Positions 10,457 through 20,668 of a stretch of DNA of 64,000 nt are shown piece after piece (the stretch's first letter is position 1; the number at the start of each line of letters is the position of its first letter). Made by a program: the position numbers and the translations under genes. This DNA comes from a virus. The notes beneath the pieces were generated by a model. That model ran no database searches and was not told where the DNA came from. It saw only the letters and a program-made list of their open reading frames with translations. The DNA lies in IMG/VR virus record IMGVR_UViG_3300028133_000002, positions 6,836-70,835 of that record. One strand, written 5' to 3'.

Positions 10457-11974
10457 ATGGCGATTAAAGTATCAGGCACTACGGTTATTGACGATGCTCG
10501 TGCCTTACAAAACATAACAGATATTCCGAATCTAGCGAAAGCAATATCTATTGAAGCACCGGCAAATGGCTCTACAGACACCGCAACAGGTAGATATCTC
10601 ACAATTGATGTTTCACCATATTTAGCGATTTTTGGTGTTTCATCGGCTTTAGAGGTTCAATTAGATAATAATAGTGATATGAGTTCACCGTTTTACGATG
10701 AAGAAACCACTACTTCAGGTTCTGAAATATCTATTGACTCAACAGTACATTCAATTCCAGTAGGAACAACAATTTACGTAAGAGCGCGATATAAAGATAC
10801 AGACGGTGCTTTTGGAAGTTATTCTCCTATTTCAAGCTTTACTTCTAGAGCATCATTCGATTACCCAAACCAACCGTCAATTACTTCAGCAAGTTCAGGT
10901 CTCGATATAAATCCAACGTTCACTTCATCGGCATTTAGTACAACTGGTGGAAGTACGACACATACATCTTCTAGTTGGCAGGTTGCACAAGATGCCACAT
11001 TTAATTCAATTATCGATCAAGGCGTTGAACTCAGCGGCAACTTGACGTCATGGGGACCAGGATCTGCTTTGAATTACTCGTCAACTTATTATGTAAGAGT
11101 AAAGCACCACTCTTCAACATTAGGCGATTCTGATTGGTCAGCTAGCCAAACGATCACGACTGGACTTGCGCCTGGTGAAGAAGTTTATACGACTCCAGGA
11201 ACTTATAGTTGGGTTCCAACAAATGATGTGAATTGTAGCGCTGTAGCTGTTGGTGGCGGTGGCGGTGGCGTAGGTCCGGTGCACGATAATTGTGGTGCTG
11301 CCGGCGGTGCGTGTTCATGGATCAATAACTTTTCAGCTACTGGTGGACAAGGGTATACTGTCACAGTTGGTGCAGGTGGTTCTGTGGGCACTTCTGGCGG
11401 AAATAGCTCGTTTAACGGGAATGCCACCTGCTATGCTGGCGGTGGCTATGCAGCGCCGGGCTCGGGTAATGGCGCAAACTCGGCGGCGCTATACAACACC
11501 GCGCGGTTTGGTGATGGCGGCGGTGATGGCGGCGGCTTGAATAATGGTTCTAGATCTGGAGCAGGTGGAGCAGGTGGTTATACTGGCCAAGGTGGAGTTG
11601 GTCAAGAAACGGACACCAACCCAACCAATAACCCTGCTACCGGAGGCGGTGGAGGCGCAGGTTTCAACATAAATAACTTCGGCGCTTGGGCCGGCGGCGG
11701 TGTTGGCATTTTTGGTGAAGGGACTTCCGGGGCAAGCGGGACAACCAACAGTGGAGCTGGCAAAGGTGGTTCAGGCGGCGCTGGTGGCTTACCATCTGGA
11801 TCTGGGCGGCATAACCAAATACCGAATGGTGGGGCGTATGGTGGTGGCGCTGGATCAGCTGGAACTGGCGGCTATGGAACTGTTCCTCCCAATGGAGGCC
11901 AAGGCGGTGGCGGCGCTGTCAGAATTATGTGGGGCGGCGGCCGCACTTTTCCAAACAATGCTGATGCGGTTTAA
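10457..11974 (+). CDS. Glycine-rich tail adhesin / receptor-binding protein with FN3/Ig-like N-terminal part
   Basis: MAIKVSGTTVIDD start, two YVR(A/V) beta-sandwich repeats, then poly-Gly motifs (AVGGGGGG, GGGAG, GAVRIMWG). SD AAGGAG upstream. Confidence 0.7.
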   Translation: MAIKVSGTTVIDDARALQNITDIPNLAKAISIEAPANGSTDTATGRYLTIDVSPYLAIFGVSSALEVQLDNNSDMSSPFYDEETTTSGSEISIDSTVHSIPVGTTIYVRARYKDTDGAFGSYSPISSFTSRASFDYPNQPSITSASSGLDINPTFTSSAFSTTGGSTTHTSSSWQVAQDATFNSIIDQGVELSGNLTSWGPGSALNYSSTYYVRVKHHSSTLGDSDWSASQTITTGLAPGEEVYTTPGTYSWVPTNDVNCSAVAVGGGGGGVGPVHDNCGAAGGACSWINNFSATGGQGYTVTVGAGGSVGTSGGNSSFNGNATCYAGGGYAAPGSGNGANSAALYNTARFGDGGGDGGGLNNGSRSGAGGAGGYTGQGGVGQETDTNPTNNPATGGGGGAGFNINNFGAWAGGGVGIFGEGTSGASGTTNSGAGKGGSGGAGGLPSGSGRHNQIPNGGAYGGGAGSAGTGGYGTVPPNGGQGGGGAVRIMWGGGRTFPNNADAV

Positions 11975-11986
11975 GGAGATACTCTA

Positions 11987-12637
11987 ATGCAATTGTATGT
12001 AAAAATAGAAAATAACTTAGCAGTAAATTACTGCGTGACCGAAAGTAATTTACGTGAATTATTTCCAGGCCAAAATATTAAAGATTCTGAAGTTTTAACT
12101 TCTATAGGTTACGCTAAAGTTAAAACCAAAGATCGGCCGATTACTAATAATCCTGCTGAAGCTTGGGAAGAAGTTTATCCAGAAGCTGACGAAAATGGAG
12201 ACTTTCATCAGCACTACAATCTTGTAACTGTAGATGCAACTGACGAAGCAATTTCTACTGCTAAGGCATCATTGAAAACTGAGAAAAAAAAGGTAACTAA
12301 AGGCTATTATGATGCTAAATCTAATAGACCATTAGTAGAATCTGGACTTGGATTTAATGTGGATGGAGGAGCATTAGATTTATTAAGCTTTAAATCTGGC
12401 AAAGCTCAAGGTCAATTAACAATTAGAGATGCTGATAACGTTACGCAAACTCTAAGTTCTGTAGATGATTATGATTTAATTATTGCAGCTATTGAAACCG
12501 AACAACTTAGATTAATTAATAAAAAATGGGAATTAGACGATTTAGTTGAAAATGTAGACACTTCTCTAGATTTTAATGATTATAGCGATGCATTAGATTC
12601 AGTTGCTATATATAGTTCGTCTTTTAACTCAGTATAA
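11987..12637 (+). CDS. Putative tail-fibre assembly/associated protein
   Basis: Directly follows the Gly-rich adhesin with SD AAGGAG. Function inferred from position only. Confidence 0.45.
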   Translation: MQLYVKIENNLAVNYCVTESNLRELFPGQNIKDSEVLTSIGYAKVKTKDRPITNNPAEAWEEVYPEADENGDFHQHYNLVTVDATDEAISTAKASLKTEKKKVTKGYYDAKSNRPLVESGLGFNVDGGALDLLSFKSGKAQGQLTIRDADNVTQTLSSVDDYDLIIAAIETEQLRLINKKWELDDLVENVDTSLDFNDYSDALDSVAIYSSSFNSV

Positions 12638-12657
12638 ACTTATGAGAATTAAATATT

Positions 12658-12939
12658 ATGGAAATAGATGCTAGTATTAAAAACCACTATGAACACCTTA
12701 TTGAAGAATTTGGAGCTTTACCAACATTTTACGATATAAAATATCTGAATCCTAATAATAATCCTGGAATACATAAGTGTGTTCCAGGATTAACGCCAAA
12801 GCAGGCCACCGAAAGGAGCTTAGAATGGCTGTGTTATAGCACGGATTATACTCCTGAAGACTTTACAGTTAATGATGTTTTTGAAACTGAAAGCAAAGAT
12901 ATGCCTTTAGAGCTTATTGAATGGTTAAAAAATCAATAA
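12658..12939 (+). CDS. Hypothetical protein
   Basis: 93-aa ORF filling the gap before a terminator. Confidence 0.55.
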   Translation: MEIDASIKNHYEHLIEEFGALPTFYDIKYLNPNNNPGIHKCVPGLTPKQATERSLEWLCYSTDYTPEDFTVNDVFETESKDMPLELIEWLKNQ

Positions 12940-12957
12940 TTTAAAAATTAATATGAC

Positions 12958-12986
12958 AAATACCCAGCTCTGCTGGGTATTTTTTT
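12958..12986 (+). terminator. Intrinsic terminator
   Basis: AAATACCCAGC-TCT-GCTGGGTATTT stem followed by a T run. Confidence 0.85.
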
Positions 12987-12997
12987 GCTTTGATTAT

Positions 12998-13040
12998 TAT
13001 AAATAGTTATATAAATCTCAATTTGAAAAAATTATAAATA
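12998..13040 (+). promoter_or_regulatory. Tandem T4-type late promoters (TATAAATA at 12998 and 13033)
   Basis: Two exact consensus copies in the intergenic region after the terminator. Confidence 0.75.
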
Positions 13041-13067
13041 GATTAAACAAACTAAAGGTTTTCTATT

Positions 13068-13397
13068 ATGGCAATTTATGCGAATCTTACCGCAGATCAA
13101 GGATCCACTTTTGAATCGTCAATTGACGTGACTGGTTCTGATGGTTCTGCTCTTGATCTTACTACATATACAGTTCGAGCACAAGTTCGCAAATCTTACA
13201 ATTCTTCTACTGCTGTTGATTTTGCAACAACAAGAGATTCTTCTGGGGGCATCGGTCTTTCATTAACAGCTACTCAAACCGGTAATATGAAATATGGCCG
13301 ATATGTCTATGATGTTGAAATCGAATCATCAACAGGAATAGTTTCAAGAGTACTAGAAGGACAATTAGAAATTACACCTAGAGTTACGAGACTATAA
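13068..13397 (+). CDS. Small virion structural protein common in marine T4-like phages
   Basis: NL..DQGSTF...LDLT.YT..AQVRKSY...GRYVYDVEI....RVLEG...ITPRVT pattern. Confidence 0.65.
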   Translation: MAIYANLTADQGSTFESSIDVTGSDGSALDLTTYTVRAQVRKSYNSSTAVDFATTRDSSGGIGLSLTATQTGNMKYGRYVYDVEIESSTGIVSRVLEGQLEITPRVTRL

Positions 13398-13407
13398 GGT
13401 AATATAA

Positions 13408-13770
13408 ATGGCGATTAAAGCTACAGTAAATAGAGCAAATACAGCGGCAATTGCCGCAAGGACTAGTTCTAAGAAAGAAATTCAAGCAAAATCGATCGCT
13501 GTAGGTTCTGCTGGCAGGATTCAAGATCTATCTGATGTAGATCTTGGTGATATTACAGACGGAAAAGTATTAACATATGATGCAGCTACTGGTAAGTTCA
13601 AAGGAATTGAATCAGCAAACTTTGGTAAGCAAAGGCTAAATGATTTAAACGATCTTGATGTTACTCAATTGCGACAAGGGGCAATGGTAGTTTGGGATGA
13701 AGCAACACAGAAATGGGTAGCAAAACAAGATATCCAAGATGGTACTTCGCTAAATGGCGGTAGGTACTAA
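13408..13770 (+). CDS. Virion-associated hypothetical protein with two L.DL.D(V/L)D repeats
   Basis: Repeats IQDLSDVD...GKVLTYD and LNDLNDLD...GAMVVWD; ends LNGGRY. Confidence 0.55.
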   Translation: MAIKATVNRANTAAIAARTSSKKEIQAKSIAVGSAGRIQDLSDVDLGDITDGKVLTYDAATGKFKGIESANFGKQRLNDLNDLDVTQLRQGAMVVWDEATQKWVAKQDIQDGTSLNGGRY

Positions 13771-13799
13771 CTTCATAATAATAACGGAGAGGCAATTAA

Positions 13800-15794
13800 A
13801 TGTCAACTATCATTAGAATTAAACGTTCTACCACAGCCGGTGATCCTAGTACGCTGGCTGACGGCGAACTCGCTTACTCCTCCGCCGACTCGGGTGCCGT
13901 TTCTGGTGGTGGAAGACTTTACATTGGTATTGGTGCAGAAACTGCAGGCGATGCTGCTTCCCACTTAATTATCGGTGGACAATACTTTACAGATAAATTA
14001 GATCATGCGGATGGTACTCTTACTGCAAATTCTGCTATTACTACAGATGGTGATAATAAGATTGACATTCTAAATGTTGATAATATTACACTTAATGGTA
14101 ATACAATTTCTACATCTGATCTAAACGGTAATCTTACTTTAGCACCAAATGGTACTGGTAACATTGTAGGTTCAAACAAACGTATCACAAGTGTTGCTGA
14201 TCCAGTAAATGCTCAAGACGTTGTAACCAAAGCATACCTCGAAAGCAATGTCAATTTGGAATATATCCAAGATGATATTGGTGCAATGGTTGCTGGTGGT
14301 ACTCAAAACGGTATTACAGTAACATACGATGATGCTGGAAACGCTATTAATTTTAATGTTGCTGACCCAACAATTACTATTGCCGGAGATGTAGCTGGTT
14401 CAGCCACAATGACTGATCTTGGTGATGTTACAATTTCGGTAACTCAGCAAGCTGACTCAGTAGATCTTGGTACTCATACAACTGGTAATTATGTTGCCTC
14501 TCTTGTTGCAGGTACAGGTGTTACCCTTTCAAATAACTCTGGTGAAACTGCAACTCCAACAGTTGAAATTGGTAAGGATGTTTCTACAACTGCTGATGTT
14601 ACATTTAATAACGTAACAGTTGATGGTGTTTTAAACTCTGACGATATTACAGCTTCCACCATGACAGCTTCTGGTAACGTTATTGTTCAAGGTAACTTAA
14701 CAGTAAATGGTACAACAACTACTGTTAATTCTAACCAAGTAGATATTGGTGATTCAATTCTCTTATTGAATAATGATGAAACTGGTACTCCATCGCAAAA
14801 TGGTGGTTTTGAAGTTGAACGTGGTACCGCTGAAAATGTTCGTTTTGTCTGGGATGAAGCTGAAGATAAATTCTCTGCTCAGCAATATGATGGTTCTGAT
14901 TGGGTATCAATTGGTATTGTTGCTGATTCATTTAGTGGTGAAGTAACTGGTGATATTACTGGTAACCTTACAGGTAATGTAACGGGTAATCTTACGGGCG
15001 ACGTAACGGGTGATGTAACTGGTGATCTTACTGGTAACGTAACTGGTAACGTAACTGGCAATGTTACAGGCGATGTAACTGGTGATCTTACTGGTAATGC
15101 TGATACCGCTACAACTTGGGAAACAGCCAGAAATCTAACAATTTCTGGTGATGCAACAGCTACATTCTCAAGTGTAGATGGTAGCGCAAATGTTAATGCA
15201 GCTCTTACTCTTGCGAATACTGGTGTAGCTGCTGGATCATATGGCTCAGCTACAGAAATTCCAACATTTACTGTTGATACAAAAGGTAGACTATCTGCTG
15301 CAGGTATTGTATCTGTTGCAACTGCATTAGATATTACTGATGGTACAAATAATAATACTGTTGATCTACTGTCTGATACATTAACATTTACTGGTGGTAC
15401 TGGTTTAACCTCAACTGTTGGTACTGATGAAGTTACCTTTACTCTTGATGATACAGCGGTATCTGCTGGTTCTTATGGTAATGCAACTACTATCTCAACA
15501 TTCACTGTAGATGCACAAGGTAGATTAACAGCTGCTGGTACAACAGCAATTAATATTCCATCTACCCAGATTAATGACTTTACCGAAGCTGCTCAAGACG
15601 CAATGGGGTCAGCAATTAGTGCAGGTGGTCAAACAAACATTACGGTATCTTATGATGATGCGAATAGCGCTGTTGATTACGCAGTAGCAACCGCTACAAC
15701 ATCAGTTAAAGGTGTTGCATCATTTACAAGCGATAACTTCACGGTAGCAGCCGGATCTGTGTCTATAAATAATGTTGATGGTGGATCATATTAA
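13800..15794 (+). CDS. Tail-fibre-like structural protein
   Basis: IRIKRS...L.DGELAYS N-terminus, VQGNLTVNGTTTTVNS, G(N/D)(V/L)T repeats, two GSYG.AT....TVD..GRL.AAG repeats; ends DGGSY. Confidence 0.7.
   Translation: MSTIIRIKRSTTAGDPSTLADGELAYSSADSGAVSGGGRLYIGIGAETAGDAASHLIIGGQYFTDKLDHADGTLTANSAITTDGDNKIDILNVDNITLNGNTISTSDLNGNLTLAPNGTGNIVGSNKRITSVADPVNAQDVVTKAYLESNVNLEYIQDDIGAMVAGGTQNGITVTYDDAGNAINFNVADPTITIAGDVAGSATMTDLGDVTISVTQQADSVDLGTHTTGNYVASLVAGTGVTLSNNSGETATPTVEIGKDVSTTADVTFNNVTVDGVLNSDDITASTMTASGNVIVQGNLTVNGTTTTVNSNQVDIGDSILLLNNDETGTPSQNGGFEVERGTAENVRFVWDEAEDKFSAQQYDGSDWVSIGIVADSFSGEVTGDITGNLTGNVTGNLTGDVTGDVTGDLTGNVTGNVTGNVTGDVTGDLTGNADTATTWETARNLTISGDATATFSSVDGSANVNAALTLANTGVAAGSYGSATEIPTFTVDTKGRLSAAGIVSVATALDITDGTNNNTVDLLSDTLTFTGGTGLTSTVGTDEVTFTLDDTAVSAGSYGNATTISTFTVDAQGRLTAAGTTAINIPSTQINDFTEAAQDAMGSAISAGGQTNITVSYDDANSAVDYAVATATTSVKGVASFTSDNFTVAAGSVSINNVDGGSY
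14937..15101 (+). repeat. In-frame 12-nt tandem repeat encoding about 13 G(N/D/E)(V/L/I)T tetrapeptides
   Basis: GEVT-GDIT-GNLT-GNVT-... in translation; gatgtaactggtgatcttactggtaa occurs twice, 60 nt apart. Confidence 0.85.
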
Positions 15795-15812
15795 TTAAAG
15801 GTCTAAGACGTT

Positions 15813-16376
15813 ATGTCTACAGCGATTAAGCTAAAAAGAAGTACTACACAAGGTTCAACTCCCACAACAGCTAACTTAGCTGAAGGGGAGTTAGCCCTTA
15901 ATGTATATGACGGTAAGCTATTTTTTAAGAAAGATAATGGTACTGCCTCTATTGTTTCATTAGAAGCATATGACGCAAACAATCCATTACCTACTGAAAA
16001 AGGTGGCTTAGGTCAAGGGTTTACTCCTGGTTCGGGCCAAATTCCAATTGGTAACGCCGCTGGCGGATTTACTCTTAATAGAATTTTAGGTGGCAGTGGA
16101 ATTCAAGTATCGAGTTCTGCAGGCCAAGTCGAAATTTCTTATAATGGTGAAAATACTTCTTCTGCTGCCTTTGCTCCACAAGCTAGGACTGATCTTGGGT
16201 TTGTTTATGAAGCAGCTTCTGCTCAGGACGACGAAGATCTTGGAATAGTGGATGAAACTACAACGTTAAGATACGACCTTGGTTCATTGCAACTTGACGG
16301 TATCGTATCACTATCAAATATTGACCAATCGGTGAAAGCTGATTATATTGGTTATTCAATTATTTTCGGATTTTAA
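15813..16376 (+). CDS. Tail-fibre-related structural protein
   Basis: IKLKRSTT....PT..NLAEGELALN N-terminal module shared with the 13800 gene. Confidence 0.6.
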   Translation: MSTAIKLKRSTTQGSTPTTANLAEGELALNVYDGKLFFKKDNGTASIVSLEAYDANNPLPTEKGGLGQGFTPGSGQIPIGNAAGGFTLNRILGGSGIQVSSSAGQVEISYNGENTSSAAFAPQARTDLGFVYEAASAQDDEDLGIVDETTTLRYDLGSLQLDGIVSLSNIDQSVKADYIGYSIIFGF

Positions 16377-16391
16377 AAGGATTACTATAAT

Positions 16392-19253
16392 ATGGCACGC
16401 CAGTTAGTTGAAAAATATATCTTTGCTCCAGATGCTGCAGGACTTGGAACTGTTAAATTTCCAGGAAAAGTTGATGAAACTCAACTTTTAATTATTGCGA
16501 ATAAAACAACCCAAGAAAACATTTATGCGATTGGTGATCCAACACGTACTGGCTCAGTTTCGTACGATGCATCAGATAACGATACATTTTTCTCAGAACA
16601 AGATGGCGTAACAACAGTAACTCTTTCTAAAGATACTTCAACCATGTTGAGTAGTCATAAGATTGCTGTTTATACAGACGCTCCGCGACAAGTTGGTAAT
16701 ATCATCCGCCCATACGCATTTGGTGTTGATGCCGTAGAACGTATGAGAGTAGCTCAACCACAATCACTTATTGATGCTGACTTTGAATACGGTCTACAAA
16801 CAACTAAATGGCAAAACTACGCTAACATTAGAGGAATTCCAGGCATTTTTGAAAAACCTGGTCTTGACTTGTTCTTAGATGATGTTGTTTCTAATGGCGC
16901 ATCTCCTTCAGAAATTACTGTTACAACAACGGCTCCTCACGAACTAAATGTCAATGATCCAATCTTTATCTATGGATTAGGCAACACATCAGACTATGCC
17001 CGTGCTGAAGGTTCTTTTGTAATTACTGAAGTGTCAGATTCAACTACCTTTAAATTTATTGCAAAAGGTATTGTTGGTACTAATGGATTATCAATTGCAA
17101 CTGGTATTACGTACGCAAGACGTGGTGGTTTCTATACCGGAGCTTCTTTGCCTATTTCATCAATTGCTTCCGATGGAGGAAACCCATCTGTAATTACTAT
17201 AACGTGTTCGGCTAATCATGGCCTTGTTCCAGGTGCTCCACTTATTTCTATTGTAACATCTGCAGGTACAAGACACAATCTCGTTACAGGTAACTTCTTT
17301 GCTGAAGAAGTTCCATCGCCAACGACCTTTAAGTTTACTGCTCGAGTTGGTGGTGATGTTGATAATGGTACTACTATTACTTCAGATATTTTCTTAAGAA
17401 CTGATGCGTTTGTTCTACATAGACCTTTTGATGGTGGTGTTCAATTAGGGAACTTTGTTCCATCTCACGGTGCTTCTATTTCAAGACAAACTAAGAAATA
17501 CATGAGATATCAATCCGGTAAAGGTGTTCTTTGGACATCAGGTGTATCTCTTAATCCAGTTCTCAACCTTGACCAAATTCATGCCGATGGTACAGCTCCA
17601 GGATCTGCAATTACTGTTTCAACAGAATTAGATCATGGTCTTCAAGTTGGAGCTGAAGTTACAATTGATGGTGTAGTTACCGAAGGCTATAATGGTTCAT
17701 ATGGTGTAAATACAATTACATCTGAAAATGAATTTACTGTAGTTGCTTCAGCAACATTGGGATCTTCAACTGCTGTTATTACAACTAAGCCAAGAGTAAC
17801 TATTAAGAAATGGCACGGTGCTTCAGTTCGAGTTGGACCATTCGATGATCAAAACGGATTGTTTTGGGAATTTGATGGCCAAGAACTTTCAGTAGTTCGT
17901 AGAGCTTCTACATTCCAAATTTCAGGATTTATTGATGTTGTATCTGGTTCTCAGGCAGTAACAGGTACTAATTGTAGATTTACTCAACAGCTTAAAGTTG
18001 GCGATAACGTAGTTATTCGCGGTATGACTTATAAAGTTGGTACTATTACTGATGATAACAACTTAACGATTAACCCTGAATATCGCGGTGTAAGTAATTC
18101 ATCCGGTATTAAAATGGCTGCTGTCGTAGACCATAGGGTTAAACAATCAGAATTTAATATTGATAAATTAGATGGAACTGGTATTTCTGGTTACAATCTA
18201 AACTTAAATAAAATGCAAATGCTTGGGATTTCGTTCTCATGGTATGGTGCTGGCTTTATCGACTTTATGTGTCGCGGCCCAGATGGTAACATGATTCTTG
18301 CCCATAGAGCAAAACAAAATAACGTTAACGATGAAGCATATATGCGTTCTGGTAACACTGCGGTTCGTTATCAATCGATTAACGAATCTGCTATTGACTC
18401 ATTAACATCTACAATTTCAGCTGCAGCAACAAGTATCCCATTGAGTGATGCTTCTAGATTCCCAACTTCTGGTACTGTTCTAATTGAGAATGAATGTATT
18501 AATTACACTGGTAAATCTCAAAATACATTAACTGGTTGTACAAGAGGTGCAACATTTACGCTATTCATTGGTGGTACTAATAAAGACTTTACGGGTGGAA
18601 GCGCTGCTTCTCACGCTGTAGGGAATGGGAATACTGCTGTAACACTTGTTTCATGTACGGCATCTCCAACACTGAACCACTGGGGTTCATCATATATTAT
18701 GGATGGTGGGTTCGATACAGATCGTGGTTATTACTTTAACTACTCAGCATTGAATAACACAATTGCTGCTGGATCTGATGCATCAGTATTCTTTGTAAGA
18801 TTGGCCCCTGCAGTAAGTAACTCTATTGCTGGTAATCTAGGTGAACGTGATTTGCTAAACCGTTCATCTATGCTTCTACAAAAATTACAAGTTCAATCTT
18901 CACAAGCTGTACAAGTTTACGGTATTTTGAATCCAGGTAATATTAATTCAGGCACTCTTACATGGCAATCAGTTAACACTGTTGCATTAGGATCTCAGCC
19001 TTCATTTGCTCAAATTTCAACCAGCAGTTCTACAACAGCTACTCCAGGCGAACAGATTTTTGCTACATTGGGACAACCTAATGGTTTTTCTGAAATTGAC
19101 CTTTCAAATCTGAAAGAATTATCAAACTCAGCGATTGGTGGTTATAATAACTTCCCTGATGGCCCTGACGTTTTAGCAATTGTTGTAAATAATTTATCAT
19201 CTAGTAGCGCAGATGTTAACTTAAACTTATTCTGGTCAGAAGCGCAAGCATAA
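16392..19253 (+). CDS. Large virion structural protein
   Basis: RMRVAQPQSLIDADFEYGLQ.TKW, RQTKKYMRYQSGKG and repeated H(G/E)L beta-sandwich modules; lies in the late cluster. Confidence 0.65.
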   Translation: MARQLVEKYIFAPDAAGLGTVKFPGKVDETQLLIIANKTTQENIYAIGDPTRTGSVSYDASDNDTFFSEQDGVTTVTLSKDTSTMLSSHKIAVYTDAPRQVGNIIRPYAFGVDAVERMRVAQPQSLIDADFEYGLQTTKWQNYANIRGIPGIFEKPGLDLFLDDVVSNGASPSEITVTTTAPHELNVNDPIFIYGLGNTSDYARAEGSFVITEVSDSTTFKFIAKGIVGTNGLSIATGITYARRGGFYTGASLPISSIASDGGNPSVITITCSANHGLVPGAPLISIVTSAGTRHNLVTGNFFAEEVPSPTTFKFTARVGGDVDNGTTITSDIFLRTDAFVLHRPFDGGVQLGNFVPSHGASISRQTKKYMRYQSGKGVLWTSGVSLNPVLNLDQIHADGTAPGSAITVSTELDHGLQVGAEVTIDGVVTEGYNGSYGVNTITSENEFTVVASATLGSSTAVITTKPRVTIKKWHGASVRVGPFDDQNGLFWEFDGQELSVVRRASTFQISGFIDVVSGSQAVTGTNCRFTQQLKVGDNVVIRGMTYKVGTITDDNNLTINPEYRGVSNSSGIKMAAVVDHRVKQSEFNIDKLDGTGISGYNLNLNKMQMLGISFSWYGAGFIDFMCRGPDGNMILAHRAKQNNVNDEAYMRSGNTAVRYQSINESAIDSLTSTISAAATSIPLSDASRFPTSGTVLIENECINYTGKSQNTLTGCTRGATFTLFIGGTNKDFTGGSAASHAVGNGNTAVTLVSCTASPTLNHWGSSYIMDGGFDTDRGYYFNYSALNNTIAAGSDASVFFVRLAPAVSNSIAGNLGERDLLNRSSMLLQKLQVQSSQAVQVYGILNPGNINSGTLTWQSVNTVALGSQPSFAQISTSSSTTATPGEQIFATLGQPNGFSEIDLSNLKELSNSAIGGYNNFPDGPDVLAIVVNNLSSSSADVNLNLFWSEAQA

Positions 19254-19280
19254 ATAGAATAAAGATTTAGAGGAAAAATA

Positions 19281-20618
19281 ATGGCAACTCAGGTACAGTT
19301 TAGACGAGGCACCACAACGCAAAACAATGCGTTTACTGGCGCGATTGGTGAAATTACATATGATACAGAAATTGAAACACTAAGGCTACATGATGGATCT
19401 ACTGCCGGTGGCGGTGCAATTATTGCTACTACCACTGCTAGCCAGACACTTTTAAATAAAGTATTAAGTACTGGATCTTCTTGGGAAGGTGGTATTATTG
19501 ATCTTGCTTATGGTGGTACAGGAGCTGCATTAACCGCGGATGCTGGTGGCATCGTTTATTCAACTTCAGATGCAATGGGTATTTCCTCGGTCGGCGCATC
19601 TGGTCAAGTTCTTACTTCTGGTGGAACGAATGCGCCTACTTGGGTAAATGCTTCTGCTCTTACTGTTGGTACCTCTACAACAGCTACTTCTGCGGAAAAT
19701 ATTGAAGGTGGTTCTTCTGGTTATCTAGTTTATCAAATTTCGGAAGATAATACTGGATTTATTACACCAGGGCAATCTGGGTTTGTTTTAAGATCCACAG
19801 GTGCTTCTACAGCGCCTAACTGGGTAACATCTGCTATTACTATTGGTACAACTGAATTGCAAGTTGGAGATACTGGTGATACATTTAGTGGTTTAGATGA
19901 ATTAAATTCTATTGGCACAAGCCATTGGACAATCCCAGCCGGTACTACTGCTCAAAGGCCGAGTACTCCAGCCGATGGTCAAATTAGATATAACTCTACA
20001 ATCTCTAGTTTTGAGGGTTATGGTCCAGGTAACGCATGGGGATCATTGGGTGGTGTAAAAGATGTTGACCAAGACACTTACATTACGACAGAAACATCGG
20101 CTGGATCCGACGAAGATACCTTTACCTTTTATAACGCAGGATCGTCTTCATTAACCTTAAGTTCTACTGCGTTCACTGTAGCGAATGGTATTGATACTAC
20201 TTTAAATGGTGCTCTTACTGTACAGGGCAATTTAACAGTTAATGGTACAACAACTACTCTTAATTCTACAACATTAGAAATCGATGATAAAAACATCGTA
20301 TTGGCTTCAGGAGCAGCAAATGCAGCTGCAGCAGATGGAGCTGGTATTACTATCGATGGGGCAAATGCAACAATTTTATATGATGCTAGTGAAGATAAGT
20401 TTTCATACAGCAAAGGTGTAAAATATAATGGCGAAATTGAATATGACAATCCAGTCACATATACTTCTCCATTCCAATATTATGCAACAACAGTAGCCAC
20501 AGATACTACTTTAACTGGTGTTTCAGGTTATGAAATCAGATCAGGCTCTAGCATTATTAATATAACTGCTGGGCAAACACTAACTATTTCCGCTGGCACT
20601 TCTGTTACAATTGGATAA
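19281..20618 (+). CDS. Tail-fibre protein (Mtd-N-like QVQFRRGTT N-terminus)
   Basis: MATQVQFRRGTT...FTGAIGEITYDT...LRLHDGST.GG, followed by IPAGTTAQRP...IRYNS...FEGY. Confidence 0.7.
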   Translation: MATQVQFRRGTTTQNNAFTGAIGEITYDTEIETLRLHDGSTAGGGAIIATTTASQTLLNKVLSTGSSWEGGIIDLAYGGTGAALTADAGGIVYSTSDAMGISSVGASGQVLTSGGTNAPTWVNASALTVGTSTTATSAENIEGGSSGYLVYQISEDNTGFITPGQSGFVLRSTGASTAPNWVTSAITIGTTELQVGDTGDTFSGLDELNSIGTSHWTIPAGTTAQRPSTPADGQIRYNSTISSFEGYGPGNAWGSLGGVKDVDQDTYITTETSAGSDEDTFTFYNAGSSSLTLSSTAFTVANGIDTTLNGALTVQGNLTVNGTTTTLNSTTLEIDDKNIVLASGAANAAAADGAGITIDGANATILYDASEDKFSYSKGVKYNGEIEYDNPVTYTSPFQYYATTVATDTTLTGVSGYEIRSGSSIINITAGQTLTISAGTSVTIG

Positions 20619-20621
20619 CGG

Positions 20622-20629
20622 TATAAATA
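20622..20629 (+). promoter_or_regulatory. T4-type late promoter
   Basis: Intergenic TATAAATA. Confidence 0.75.
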
Positions 20630-20668
20630 GATTAGACAATAAACGTTTTATTAAAGGATAGGAAAAAT

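Noticed and set aside
14937-15101. Repeat array as possible CRISPR
   Set aside because: Units are contiguous, in-frame 12-mers within a coding region, with no unique spacers.
19281-20618. Mtd-like N-terminus suggesting a diversity-generating retroelement
   Set aside because: No reverse transcriptase and no template/variable repeat pair differing only at adenines was seen in this window.
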